Source of the DNA: Mobula birostris
Taxonomy: Eukaryota
Reading direction: 5' to 3'
DNA length: 64,000 nucleotides
Assembly: GCF_030028105.1 (NCBI RefSeq)
Contig: NC_092388.1
Location: forward strand, 10,812,508-10,876,507
The position numbers were made by a program, and so were the translations under genes. Numbering within the stretch: the stretch's first letter is position 1; every line of letters begins with the position of its first letter. Under the pieces are notes generated by a model, which saw only the letters and a program-made list of their open reading frames with translations, ran no database searches and was not told the origin of the DNA. Of the stretch, positions 1-11,867 are shown one piece after another.

Positions 1-155
1 AAAACCTACTTCCAACATCCTCCCCATACTTTCCTCCAATCACTTTAAAATTATGTCCCCTCTTGCTAGACATTTCCACTCAGCAAAAGTCTCTGGCCAT
101 CCTCTCGATCTATGCCTGGAATGATTTAACGGATGAGAGACAACACTTGCATGAA

Positions 156-739
156 TAGACACGTAGTGGTCACTTTATTAGGTGTGAGAAGTGTCTAACA
201 AAATGGCCACTGAGTGTATGTTCCAGGTCTTCTTCTACTGTAGCCCATCCACATCAAAGTTTGACATCTTATGCATTCCGAGATGCTCTTCTGCAGACCA
301 CCATTGTAACACGTGGTTATTTGAGTTACTGTCATCTTCCTGTCAGCTTGAACTAGAGCTTGAACTAGTCTGGCCATTCACCGCTGACCTCTCTCACCAA
401 TGAGGTTCTTTTGCCCACAGAACTGTCACTCGCTTTTGTATTTTTGTTTTTCACACCGTTCTCTGTTAACTCGAGCAACTGTTGTGTGTGAAACTTCCAG
501 ATCAGCAGCTTCTGAGATACTCAAACCACCCTGTCTGGCACCAACAATCATTCCATGGTCAAAGTCACTTAGATCACATTTCCTCCCCATTCTGATGTTC
601 GGTCTGAACAACAACTGAACCTCTTGACCAAGCCTGCATGTTTTTAGGCATTGGGTTGCTGCCAAATGATTGGATGACTGGATATTTGCATCAACGAGCA
701 GGTGTACAGGTGTACCTAGTAAAGTGGCCACTGAGTCTA
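156..739 (-). mobile_element. Internally deleted Tc1-like DNA transposon
   Basis: Terminal inverted repeats AGTGG(T/C)CACTTTA(T/C)TAGGT at ~165-184 and ~713-732. Minus-strand frames give a Tc1 transposase N-terminus (MGRKCDLSDFDHGMIVGARQGGLSISEAA; ADRKMTVTQIT..YN..QKSISE..LMWMGYSRRRP). No DDE domain is present. Confidence 0.8.
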
Positions 740-864
740 TTCTGTTCAGGTAGAAGTTCTCATTTTCCAGGTCTCCAGTCCAAACTAAAACCCCTCTCAG
801 CTGGTATAGCCAGCTTTTGTAGACTGTTTCCAAATAGAACTTACTGGAAAAAAGACAGATAGCA

Positions 865-1025
865 GTATGTTCTCCCCATGACCATGTGTGTTTTCTCCAG
901 GTGCTCCAGTTTCTTCCCACATTCCAAAGACATACAGGTTAGTAGATTAGTTGGTCACATGGGTGTAATTGGGTGTGTAGGCTTGTGCTAGAAGGTCTTG
1001 TTACCATACTGTATCTCTAAATAAA
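865..1025 (+). mobile_element. V-SINE (HE1-like) 3' part
   Basis: V-domain-like GTATGTTCTCCCCATGACC...GGTGCTCCAGTTTCTTCCCACATTCCAAAGAC, ending CTGTATCTCTAAATAAA. Related copies recur across the window. Confidence 0.65.
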
Positions 1026-1944
1026 ATAAAATTTTTAAATGCAGGAAGACATTTTGAAAATACAGGTCAAGAGGAACTGCTGAATCAGTTCCTCAGTGTT
1101 CTTGACCTGTGGAAATGACTAGTATGGATAACTTCAACAGAACAGATCGCTGAACACAACTTATAGATTCACTTTCAAGAATCCTACAACTATGATTTAT
1201 TTATTTTTACATTTGCGCAGTCTGTCTTCATTTGCTCTTTAGTTGCTTGTCAACCTTTGTGTATCGTTTTTCACTGATTCTAATTTTTTTCTATGTTCTA
1301 CTGTGAATGCCTGCAAGAAAATTTAATTTCAGGATTGTATTTGATGTCATACATATGCTTTGATAATAAGTTTACCTTGAACTTTGAACTGTCAGCAAGA
1401 GAGAAGATTAATGCAAGAAAGTTGGTTTGGTATCTTACTTTGTAGCGGATAACTTCACAACTTTCAGTAATACCAGAGGTTAAAGAAATGGAGAGCACCA
1501 GTGCTTTTATAAGAACCTTTGAAGTATTAACAAACTACCATAAATGGAGTGAAGGTGATTGTGCTGAGGGGCTCACTTCAACTCGAAGCAGTAAACTGTG
1601 CACTGCATTCTCTCATCTGGACAGTACAGGCTATGAAATTGTAAGGTGTGCTATTCTTAACCGTGTATGATTTAAGGACTGAAGCTCATAGATATAAATT
1701 TACAAACTGCAGAAAGCTTCATAAAGTAAATAAGAGAGTGAGATGGGTAATTAGAGCTGGGAGAGTCACATAGTGTCTTTCATAGTAGGCTTTGGAAATT
1801 GTCAGTGTTTATTGCTTAAGTCTGTGATTAGTGGAATGAGGACTGGACATTCTTCTTTATGATTAAAATCATTGACACTAGCCAACACCTCCCCCCCCCA
1901 ACAACACTGAGGACATCTTCCCTATTTTAGTCATCTTTTCTATA

Positions 1945-2410
1945 CTGTGGAGAGCATTCTGACATGTTGCATCACCGTCTGGTATGGAGGTGGCTGTGCT
2001 CAGGATCGGAAAAAGCTGCAGAGAGTTGTAAGCTCGGTCAAGTCCGTCATGGGCACCAGCCTCCCCACCATCGAGGTCATCTTCAAAAAGCAATGACTCA
2101 AAGGTGATATCCAATATTAAGGACCTCACCATTGGGTCATGCTCTATACTCATTACAACCATCAGGGAGGAGGTACAGGACCCTGGAGACACACACTCAA
2201 TGCTTTAGGAACAGCTTCTTCCCTTCTGCCATTAGAATTCTGAATGGACCACGAACATTACTTCATTTTTTGCTCTCTTTTTGCAATACTTATTGATTTT
2301 TTAAAATATCTGTAACTTATAGTAATTTTTTATGTATTGCACTATACTGCTGCTGCAAAACAGCACATTTCATGACATATGTCAGTGGTAATAGACCTGA
2401 TTCTGATTCT
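1945..2410 (+). mobile_element. Rex1/Babar LINE 3' fragment
   Basis: Encodes VESILTCCITVWYG..DRKKLQRVV and ends in the family tail AATAGACCTGATTCTGATTCT. Matches copies at 8575-9351 and 13101-13582. Confidence 0.75.
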
Positions 2411-2439
2411 AACTAAAAGGTCCTGGAGGGGTAATGCAT

Positions 2440-2638
2440 TGTTATGTTACTTCTGTTTAAATGTACCGTGGGTTAACAGTAAAGAATCATATTCTGGAAG
2501 AATTGGAGAACTTTTATTTACAGTAATAAACAAACACGTCTTAACCCAGCCACGTGCTGGAACTTTCTGGCAATCCCGTGCAGGCTCAGTGCTTGTCCAA
2601 TCTTGTACTAGCACAACATTGCACGTGATATCACCACA
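2440..2638 (-). repeat. 3' LTR of the Gypsy element
   Basis: TGTTATGTTAC...GATATCACCACA. About 13 substitutions and 2 indels versus 5658-5858 (manual count). The minus-strand polypurine tract AAGGAAAGGAAGA is adjacent at 2639-2651. Confidence 0.92.
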
Positions 2639-2759
2639 TCTTCCTTTCCTTAAAAAGCAAAACAATTAACACCGTTAATCAAAGCAAATACACAATTCAA
2701 CAAGTCTCTGTCAGTCTCTCTGTGGGTTAGCGAACATGAGTAGACCTTCTCATGTGGTA

Positions 2760-2833
2760 GTGGTACACACAGATCTAAGTGGTACACACAGATCTAAGTG
2801 GTACACACAGATCTAAGTGGTACACACAGATCT
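2760..2833. repeat. 19-bp tandem repeat (GTGGTACACACAGATCTAA) x~3.9
   Basis: Perfect copies start at 2760, 2779, 2798 and 2817. Confidence 0.95.
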
Positions 2834-2870
2834 TGTGTTTCCTTGTTATTATTTACATGTTTTGTCTTGT

Positions 2871-4409
2871 CTAAAGACACAGCAGTTCCAACTTTTTGGG
2901 AGCAACAGGTACAGTTACTATGACCATATCAATTAATACATGAACATCAATATCGCTCTTGTGACTGTCTTTTGTTTTTGGATCCACAGCTCTGGAAAGT
3001 GTGTCGGCTGTGTACATGAATTTTCCAGGTGTGTATGACACATTCAACTCATATCTTTGCAGTTTGATCATCATTCGCTGAATTCGCAAAGGACAGTTGC
3101 TTAAAGGTTTGTTAAACAATGCAATCAATGGCTTATGATCGGTTTCAACATCAATAGATTGCCCTGACACAAAATGATGAAACCTCTCACAAGTAAACAT
3201 AATGCTGAGCAATTCTTTTTCAATTTGGGCATACCTTGTTTCTGGATCAGATAATGAACGAGGTGTATATGCCACTGGTAACCATTCCTGATCATGTTTT
3301 TGGAGTAGTACTGCCCCTAAACCTGCTTGAGATGCATCACATGAAATTTTGATGGGTCTCTCAGCATCATAAAACTTCAACACATGTTCTTTTGTGAGTA
3401 CTTTCTTGAGATTTTGCCATGCCTTCTCCTGTTCATGATTCCAGTTCCATTCATTTCTCTTTTCTATTAGCTGCCTCAATGGAGCCAGCTGTTCCGAGAG
3501 ATTGGGTATACATTTTCCCATATAGTTAACCATTCCCATAAAGCTCTGAATATCCTTTTTACATTGTGGTTTTGGCATGTTCTCAATAGCAGAAACCTTC
3601 AATGGATCAGGACGCACACCCTCTTTGCTGATGGTATCACCCACAAAGGTAAGTTCAGTCACTCCTAGCTGACATTTGTCTTTATTTAATTTCAGGTTAG
3701 CCTTGCGTGTTGCCTCAAAGACTTGTCTGAGCCTGGCATCATGCTCTTGTTTAGTCAATCCCCAAATAATAATATCATCCATGGATGTATGCTCGCCCTC
3801 AATGTGCTCATATTTTTTTTAATTTAAAAAATGTGCTGATATAACATGTGAATGGTTTTATGGTACACTTCAGAATCTGATGCAATTCAAAAAGGGAGCC
3901 TAAGAAAGCAGTATCTGGCAAAAGGAGTGTTAAAGGTACACAGTTTTGATCTCGGTTCATCTAATTTGAGTTGCCAGAATCCGGAGGATGCATCTAATTT
4001 ACTAAAATACTTTGCATTAGCAAACTGTGACATAATTTATTCATGAGTAGGCAATTTGAAATGCTCTCTTTTAATGGCCCAATTCAAGTCTCTTGGATCT
4101 AAGCATATCCTCAGTTTTCCATTTTTCTTATCAACAATGACAAGCTAATTGACCAATTCAGTTGGTTCATCAATTTTTTTTTATGACTCCTAGCCTTTCC
4201 ATTCTGTCTAGCTCTGTTTTCAGTTGATGACATAATGCACAAGGTACTTTTCTGCATGGATGTATTCTAGGTTTCACTGTATTGCCAATTTTAGTCGAGT
4301 GCTCTCCTGGAAGACAACCAAGCCCTTTAAACAAGTCTTCATACTCTTTCATCAAGTCACTGTATTCTGACTCTGTGTCGCTATCCAGGACTAAAATTCT
4401 TTTCACCAA
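2871..4409 (-). pseudogene. pol: Gypsy pol remnant (reverse transcriptase + RNase H), frameshifted
   Basis: MDDIIIWG (YxDD region), LKLNKDKC, CDASQAGLGAVLLQ, YAQIEKELL, ETDHKPL, ADTLSR. Upstream broken frames give RT N-terminal motifs (RKVP..LKTELDRMERLGVI). Confidence 0.9.
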
Positions 4410-4419
4410 ATTAAGTCTT

Positions 4420-5560
4420 TCACAGGCAGATAAACCCAGAATTGACTACATTTTTTGGCACGACCACAAATGAAAGCATATGCACAATATTTTTGTGTGA
4501 TACCTTTGCTACGCATGTTCCTTTAACTGGAATGTCTGCACCTGAATACCCAGTCACTTTTATATTTGTTTGATGTAACTTCCCTCTTGGCTTTAAAGCA
4601 TTAAACTCAGTTTCTGCAAGAATGTTCACTTGCGCTCCAGTATCAAGTTGAAATAGAATATTGTTTTGATTCACTTGCAACGGAATAGTCCAGTCATTCT
4701 TACTTCGTTTATTTTCACAAAGTATATCTATATAAAATTCCTCACATTCATCTTCAAGCACAGCATTTACTTGTTTCATTTTATTTTCCTTCTTTCTACT
4801 TTTACAACAGCGTGAAAAATGATTAACCTTACCGCAGCCATCCGAAACTTTGTCATAAGTGGGACACTGATTTGGACGATGTTTCCGCGCACAGCGATCA
4901 CATGACTTTTTTCTTTCCAATGCCGTCTTGCTCTCTGTCAGTTTCGTGGACGAATTATTATATTCCTTGATGTATTCGTGCTTTTTTACAGCATTTACAT
5001 TGCAGTTTTTGACAAAAAGCTCTTCAGCCTGCAACGTCACAGTCTCAGAAGCTTTGCAAAGTGCCAAAATTTTTTTCAAAATTTAAATTTTGCTCTCTTA
5101 GCAGCCTTTCTCTCAGAACATTATCTCGAATGCCACAAACAAGTCTATCTTTAATGAGAGAGTCCATGAGCAATCCAAACTCGCATGTTCTACTACACTT
5201 TCTTAACTCAGTTACATACTGATCAATTGTTTCAGCGGCTCTCTGTGCACATGCAAAGAATTTATATCACTCATACGTTAAATTACGCTTAGGTATACAA
5301 AATACTTCAAATCTGTCCATTATTGACTTTAAATTGAAATTATCTCCATCTTCAAAGACAAAATTATTATATACCTCTACTGAGTCATTCCTGATTACAT
5401 GGAGCAAAAGTGCAGCTTCAGTTTTTTCCAATTTTTCTTCATAATCGATTGCTGATAAGTACAGTTCAAACTGTTGCTTGAATATCCTCCAATTCTCAGC
5501 TACACTGCCAGTCAGCTGAAGTTTTGGTGGGGGTTGTAAACCTTCCATTTTACCATTCAC
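4420..5560 (-). pseudogene. gag: Gypsy gag + aspartic protease remnant
   Basis: ENWRIFKQQFELYL gag N-terminus, zinc-knuckle-like CDRCARKHRPNQC and GCGKVNHFSRCC, protease FQLDTGAQVN. Interrupted by stops and frameshifts. Confidence 0.85.
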
Positions 5561-5642
5561 AGTTTGAACTTTTTTCTTCTTCTCTTTTTTTCAATTATCT
5601 TCGATTCTCGATTCTCGATTCTCCCACATTATTCTTCCAGAA

Positions 5643-5657
5643 CCACTTCTGACACCA
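5643..5657 (-). other. Primer-binding site complementary to the tRNA-Leu 3' end
   Basis: Minus strand TGGTGTCAGAAGTGG immediately inside the 5' LTR. Confidence 0.85.
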
Positions 5658-5858
5658 TGTTATGTTACTTTTGTTTTAAATGTACCGTGGGTTAACAGTA
5701 AAGAATTGTATTCTGGAAGAATTAGTGAACTTTTATTTACAGTAATAAACAAACACGTCTAAACCCAGCCACGTGCTGGAACATTCTGGCAATCCCGTGC
5801 ACGCTCAGTGCTCTGACCAATCACGTACTGGCACATCATTGCACGTGATATCACCACA
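5658..5858 (-). repeat. 5' LTR of the Gypsy element
   Basis: Direct repeat of 2440-2638 with TG...CA ends. Confidence 0.92.
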
Positions 5859-5939
5859 CTGCATGTTAGTGATTGAAGCAGTCGTGGACTTGCTGCTGCA
5901 AAGTTCTCAAGTGCCAAGTCAAAGAAAATAAGGCGACAG

Positions 5940-6123
5940 GATCATAAGACTCAGGAGCAGAATTAGGCCTTGCAGCCTATTGGGTTTGTTCCACCGTTTG
6001 CTCATGACTGATTTAATACCCCTCTCAACACCATTCCTCTGCCTTTTGACACATTTGACACCCTTACTAATCAAGAAACTATCAACCTCCACTTTATATA
6101 TACCCAGTGACTTGGCCTCCACA
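5940..6123 (-). mobile_element. CR1/HER1-type LINE 3' end
   Basis: Reverse complement of ...EAKSLGIYKVEVDSFLISKGVK plus the tail CTAATTCTGCTCCTGAGTCTTATG. Confidence 0.7.
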
Positions 6124-6868
6124 GTCAGGGAGTCCGGGCCTGCAGATTGGACAGGGAAAGTCAGGGTATGTGAGAGGGAGAGAGGACTTGCAGTTAGGAC
6201 CCAGTGAAGCTGGAGGGTGTTTGAGGATCTGGACAAGTAGGGCTAGAAGCAAGGCTATGGCCAAATATTGGTTGCCTGGGTGTGGCTGCAGATCTGGGAC
6301 TGGGACACTGGTTGGGAACAGGGAGTGATGTGGTAAGAGATCGAAGGATAGATTTAGAAATGAGGACAGATGAGAAAGGAGTGGATCTTTGGAAGATGGT
6401 GGATATGGAAGACTGAGGCAAGTGCATCATGGTGTATGAGGTGGGTTACGGGAAATGGGTTGTGGCTGGCAAGCTTGTAACTGAAGAAGTAACTGAAAAA
6501 AAATTTATGGTTACGTTGTCAGTATGGGATTGGGCTTGCTGTATGTTGCCTGTCCTGGGGTTGTACGCTTCTCTATGTGGGTGAGAGTGTGGGGAAGGAG
6601 CTTGATTTGCTGTTGTTGTTTTGTTGTTGTGCTGTTATTGTTGCTGTTTATGTTGTGTCTCCAAACAAGTACTGCGTTAGGATTGGTAAGTTCCTAAGCA
6701 CAACTGACACAAGGAGGGTAAGCACACAGATATACCAGACAAATTTCCAGCAGTAATTCAACCCAGACATGGCTGTAAGCATGTTTTACTCAAAACAAAA
6801 ACAACTCTCAATTGATATTGGTAATTATTTTACACAGAAATATTATCTATCACAACCCACAAACTTCG

Positions 6869-7974
6869 TCAGCACAGGTGCACCACAGGGATGTGTACTT
6901 AGCCCCTGGTCTACCCATTTTACACCTATGACTGTTTGGCTAAGTACAGCTCCAATATCATATTCAAGCTTGCTAATGAAGCCACTGTTGTGGGCTGTAT
7001 CAAAGGAGGTGATAAATCAGCATACAGGAGGGAGATTGAAAATTTGGCTGAGTGGAGTCATAACAACAACCTCTCACTCAATGTCAACAAGACCAAGGAA
7101 CTGATTGTAGACTTCAGGAGACGGGACCCAGAGGTCCATGAGCCAGTCCTCATCGGAGGATCAGAGGTGGAGAGGGTCAGTAACTTTAAACTCCTGGGTG
7201 CTACTATCTCAGAGGACCTGTCCTGAACTCATCATTTAAAGGTAATTACAAAGAAAGCACAGCAGTGTCTCTACTTCCTTAGGAGTTTGCGGACATTTGG
7301 CATGACATCAAAAACTTTGACAAACTTTTATAGGAGTTCAGTGGAAAGTGTATTGACTGGCTGCATTACAGCCTGGTATGGGAAATCAATGCCTTTGAGT
7401 GGAAACTCCTATATAAGGTAGTGAATTTGGCCCAGTACATCGTGGGTAAAACCCTCACAGTTATTCAGCATATTTATATGAAACAATGTCACAGGAAAGC
7501 AACATCCAACATCAGGGACCCCCACCACCCAGGACATGCTCTCTTCTCACAACTGCCATCAGGAAGGTGGTACAGGAGTCTCAAGACCTACAGTGCCAGG
7601 TTCAGGAACAGTTGTAACCCCTCAACCATCAGGCTTTTGAACAAAAAGAGTTAACTTCACCCAACTTTACATACCCCATCATTTAAATGTTTCCACAACC
7701 TATTTCACATTCAAGGAGTCTTCATCTCATGTTCTCAATATTTATTGCTTATTTATTTACATTATTGTTTCTTTCTTTTTGTATTTGTATTTCTACAGTT
7801 TGTTACCTTTTGCACACTGGTTGAAAAAAAGACAAATGCTCTTTCATTGATTCTATTATGGTTATTATTCTATTATGCATTTATTGAGTATGACTGCAAG
7901 AAAATGAGTCTCAGAGTTGTATGTCGTCACATATATGTACTCTGATAATAAAATTTACTTAGAACTTTGAACTT
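6869..7974 (+). mobile_element. Rex1/Babar LINE, 5'-truncated
   Basis: STGAPQGCVLSP; YRREIENLAEWSHNNNLSLNVNKTKELIVDFRR; IRDPHHPGHALFSQLPSGR; tail ACTTAGAACTTTGAACTT. Confidence 0.88.
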
Positions 7975-8574
7975 CAAAAGCACAACAGAGTTGCTATAAT
8001 GTAGTTGTGCAATCACACAAGTCAGGTTTGATGTTCTCCGAAGAGGTTGTCTATTAGTAGGTCCTCAGATGGCTGTATTAGGATCCACATGTTCTGGAGC
8101 AATGTTGGCAAGAGTAAGTAGTGGCTGTGGTTGGCTTTTTTGGTTGTTCAGTCTTTCCTTTAGCAGCAGTCAATTGTTCTCTGTGGCACAACAGAGGCAA
8201 ATCTCATGTAGCGCATCCCGCTTGAACAGATTTTCTCCGGGTTTATCTATTGAGTGCAATTTCTTCCCAGTTTTTAGATGTAATGTTAAATTTCTTCGGG
8301 CTGATATTGACATTATCCTTCAAGCATTTTTGTTGCCCAGAGGGACTTGCTGATCATCCTTCAATTGGGAGTAAAGCATCTACTTGTGCAGATGTGAGTG
8401 TTAATATAACAATCATAGTGCTATAGTGTATTGTTCCGTAAAATAAAAATGCAATGAACAAACAATTTGTATAATTCCTTTTCTTATTTCAGATCCCAGA
8501 ATCAATATTGAGGCTTTCTTTCTACAAAAAAATTATTGTGTACAATAGCGTGCAGTTATCAACAAACTCTCACA

Positions 8575-9351
8575 TAACGATTTGTTGGCTAGGCACAGAT
8601 GAAATGCCATCTATAAATTTGGCGATGACATAACTTTTGTGGGCAGAATTTCAGATGGTGACAGATGCAAGATAGATCAACTGGATCACTGGTGTCACAA
8701 TAACAACCTTGCATTCAGCATCAGTAAGACCATGGAATTGATTGTCATATTCAAGAAGGGGAAGTCAAGGGAACATATAACAGTCCTCTTCAAGGGATTA
8801 GCTGTGGAAAGTGTGAGTAGTTTCAAGCTCCTGGGTGTCAACATCTCTGAAGATCTGTCCTGGGTCCAACATGTTGATGCAATCACAAAGAAGGCATGAC
8901 AGTGGCTATGTTCCATTAGGAGTTTGAGGAGACTAGGTATGACACCAAAGACTCCTGCAAATTTCTACAGCTGTATTGTGAAGAGCATTTTAACTGGTTG
9001 TATCACCATGTGGCATGGAAGGGTCACTGTATATTATCGGAAAAAGCTGCAGAAAGTTGGAAACTCAGACAGTACCATAATGGGCACGAGCCTCCTCAGC
9101 ATCGAGTACTTTTTCGAAATATGATGTCTCAAGAAGGCATCATTCGTGAACTTCCTCCCCTCTGCCATCAGATATCTGCACGAACACTACCTCAGTATTT
9201 TTTACTCTCTTTTTGCACTACTTAATTTATCTTTAAGTATATTTATTGTAAATTATAGATTTTTATTATCAAATATTGCAATGTACTGTTGCCACAAAAG
9301 GACAAATTTGATGACATATGCCAGTGATATTAAACCTGATTCTGATTCTGA
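8575..9351 (+). mobile_element. Rex1/Babar LINE, 5'-truncated
   Basis: IYKFGDDIT; WCHNNNLAFSISKTMELIV; SFKLLGVNISEDLSW; tail AAACCTGATTCTGATTCTGA. Confidence 0.85.
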
Positions 9352-9404
9352 CATTTGCTGTCAAACTTATTCACTGGAGAATGCATGACAGAGGATCATA
9401 CAGT

Positions 9405-9560
9405 ACGTGTCTTCTCTAACCGTGTCCATTGCATTTGGGGCTCTCGATGCAGCCTCATCTACATTGGTGAGACCAAGAGTAGACAAGGTGAAAATTTTGT
9501 AAAGCACCTGCTCTGTGTTTCCAATGACATTCTTGAGCTTTCAACTGCATGTCCTTTCAG
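9405..9560 (+). mobile_element. Penelope-like element GIY-YIG endonuclease fragment
   Basis: SNRVHCIWGSRCSLIYIGETKSRQGENFVKHL matches the PLE pattern VYCIxCxxCxxxYIGETxRxLxxRFxEH. Confidence 0.75.
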
Positions 9561-9704
9561 TTCCCTTGGAGAGCCTTGAAGTGCTTGAAACCAATTCAGA
9601 TGCTTCCTTGCCTGCGAGAGCAGTCATCTGCAAAGGATACAAATAAATATATGAGGATGTTATATGTTTTGAAGGAGATATTTGGAGCATGATTTTAGAA
9701 AATG

Positions 9705-10875
9705 CTGGGTGGTACATTAGCATAACGGCTAGGTAACACTTCGTATGCCAATGACCCAGGTTCAATGTCCACCATCATTTGTAAGGAGTGTCACGTGACC
9801 GGCAGCAATGAATATAGAATTGAATTGAGTCAGGTTGTATTAAAAACAATCAAACCTTTATTAAACTCTGCTCAATATAAAAAAAAATAAACAAACGAAA
9901 ATCTTAACCAGAAGTAAACTGCTATGTGGCCATTTAACAAACCGCCACTCAATAATAGTTCTTAAAGCGGTAAATTCAAACACAGTTTCTTAGAATGGTA
10001 AATTCGAAAGTCCAAGAGATTTATACAGTCAATTAGGAGAGACTTTCCTGAAGTAAAGAATTCCTCGGAGACACTACGTCACTGCCAATCCCAGCCGGAT
10101 CCTGCCTTGTCCGCAGGATTCACGACGAAGGAAATAAAACGATTTAAAGGCACTGAACTTTCCCCCTGGACACTAGATCCTGCACAGCCTTTTCTACCAC
10201 TTTTAGCAGAGGCTATCTCATGCAGATCACTCTTTCTTGAATGAATTCAATAATGGTCGATTTTCTCCAAAACCGTCGAACGACTCCTTCAGGTTCCTGT
10301 CTCTACTCTCCAATACTACTGCAAAGATACATTAACAGACCTAGCAGAAATTGGTTAAACTGACAGTTCAGTCCTTTTGTACCTTACAATAGAACGTAAA
10401 ACTCCGTTTTAAAATCAAAACTGTGTCATAAGGCAAACATGCAGCAGAGCGGAGTCTCTGGCTAACCTTCTAACTGGAAAACCAACTGCATCACCCCAGG
10501 GGTCTCCTTTTATACCCGTGTTGAACATGTCATCACGTGACCTCACATGGTGGGAAAATTACATCATATGATCTCCGCAAGACCATTACATCATCCTCAT
10601 AAGACAGTCACAAGATATCCACGAGGTATGTAACAGAAGTTTGTATGTCCTCCCCTTGACATGAGTGGGTTTCCTTCAGTTGCTCTGGTTTCTTCCCACA
10701 GTCCAAATAAGTAGGAGTTAGGATTAGTAAATTGTGGGCATGCTGTGTTGGTGCCAGAAGCACAGCAATGCTAGCAGGCTGCCCCCAGCACAATCCTCGG
10801 ACTGTGTTGGTTGTCAGTGCAAGGGTCACATTTCTTGTATGTTTGGATGTATATGTGACAAATGCAGCGAATCTT
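9705..10875 (+). mobile_element. V-SINE split by a solo LTR
   Basis: tRNA-like head with B-box GGTTCAATGTCC (~9759). The sequence GTAAGGAG|...|TTTGTATGTCCTCCCC continues across the insertion, as in the uninterrupted copy at 12546. Confidence 0.75.
9789..10635 (-). mobile_element. Solo LTR (847 bp)
   Basis: TGTCAC...GTAACA termini, 4-bp TSD GGAG/GAAG, minus-strand TATAAAAG near 10510 and AATAAA near 9860, no internal ORF. Confidence 0.8.
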
Positions 10876-10879
10876 ACAA

Positions 10880-11226
10880 CCATAAGACATAGAAGCAGAG
10901 TTAGGCCATTTGGCCCATTGATTCCATCATGGCTGATCTATTAACCCTCTCGACCCCATTCCCTTGCCTTCTCCCCGTAACCTTTGATACCCTTACTAAT
11001 CAAGAGCCTATCAAACCCTGCTTTAAGTGTACCAGTGCCTTGACCTCCACTGCCATCTGTGGCAATAAATTCCACAGATTCACTACCTTCTGGCTAAATA
11101 AATTCTTCCTCATCTCTGTTTTAAAGTGCCGTTGTTCTGTTCTGAGGCTGTGCCCACTGGTCTGTGACTCTCTCACTATTGGAAACATCCTCCTCACATC
11201 AACTCTATCTAGGCCTTTCAGTATTC
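10880..11226 (-). mobile_element. CR1/HER1-type LINE 3' end
   Basis: RMFPIVRESQTSGHSLR..FKTEMRKNLFSQKVVNLWNLLPQ. Confidence 0.8.
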
Positions 11227-11451
11227 AATAGAAACCACAAAATGAGATTCTGGTCAGCAAAAATTATTTTCTGTCGAGAGTCCAAGATTCCACTGGCCAA
11301 CAGATGGGGGAGATAGATTTTATTGTCAATATCTGTCCCTACTGAGAGCTGGTCTTGTGATAATGAGAAAAGGCCTGCATTGACCTATGCTACAAGCTCC
11401 TATAATGACATGTAGTACCTTTCTGTGTAGCTGACTGCGAGGCAAGCTTTT

Positions 11452-11800
11452 TATGAGGGGTATGGTTAGGATAAATGCAAGCAGGCTTTTTCCACTGAGG
11501 TTGGGTGGGACTACAACTAGAGGTCATGGATTAAGGGTGAAAGATGAAATATTTAAGGGGAATGTGAGGGGAAACTTCTTCACTCAGAGGGACGTGGGGG
11601 TGTGGAATGAGCTACCAGTGCAACTGGTGCATGAAAGCTCAATTTCAAAGTTTAAGAAAAGTTTGGATAGGTACATGGATGGGAAGGGTACAAAGGGCTA
11701 TGGTGTGGGTGCAGGTCGATGGGATTAGGCAGTTTAAATGGTTCGGCACAGATTAGATGGGCTGAAGGGCCTGTTTCTGCGCTGTATTTTTTTTATAATT
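11452..11800 (+). mobile_element. CR1/HER1-type LINE 3' end
   Basis: TTRGHGLRVK..GNFFTQRDVGVWNELP..FKKSLDRYM, tail GGGCTGAAGGGCCTGTTTCTGCGCTGTA. Confidence 0.82.
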
Positions 11801-11867
11801 CTATACTCACTGGTTAGTGATAAGTATGCTAGGGTACGTGGACAAAGATAAGCTTTATTTGTAATCA

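Larger units (their letters stand above)
2440..5858 (-). mobile_element. Ty3/Gypsy LTR retrotransposon, degenerate, integrase core deleted
   Basis: Two ~200-bp TG..CA direct repeats (2440-2638 and 5658-5858), a tRNA-Leu PBS, a PPT, and gag-protease-RT-RNaseH remnants in order on the minus strand. Flanks are ATGCAT and CTGCAT. Confidence 0.93.

Noticed and set aside
2760-2833. CRISPR-like array
   Set aside because: Contiguous tandem units with no spacers, in vertebrate DNA inside a retrotransposon.
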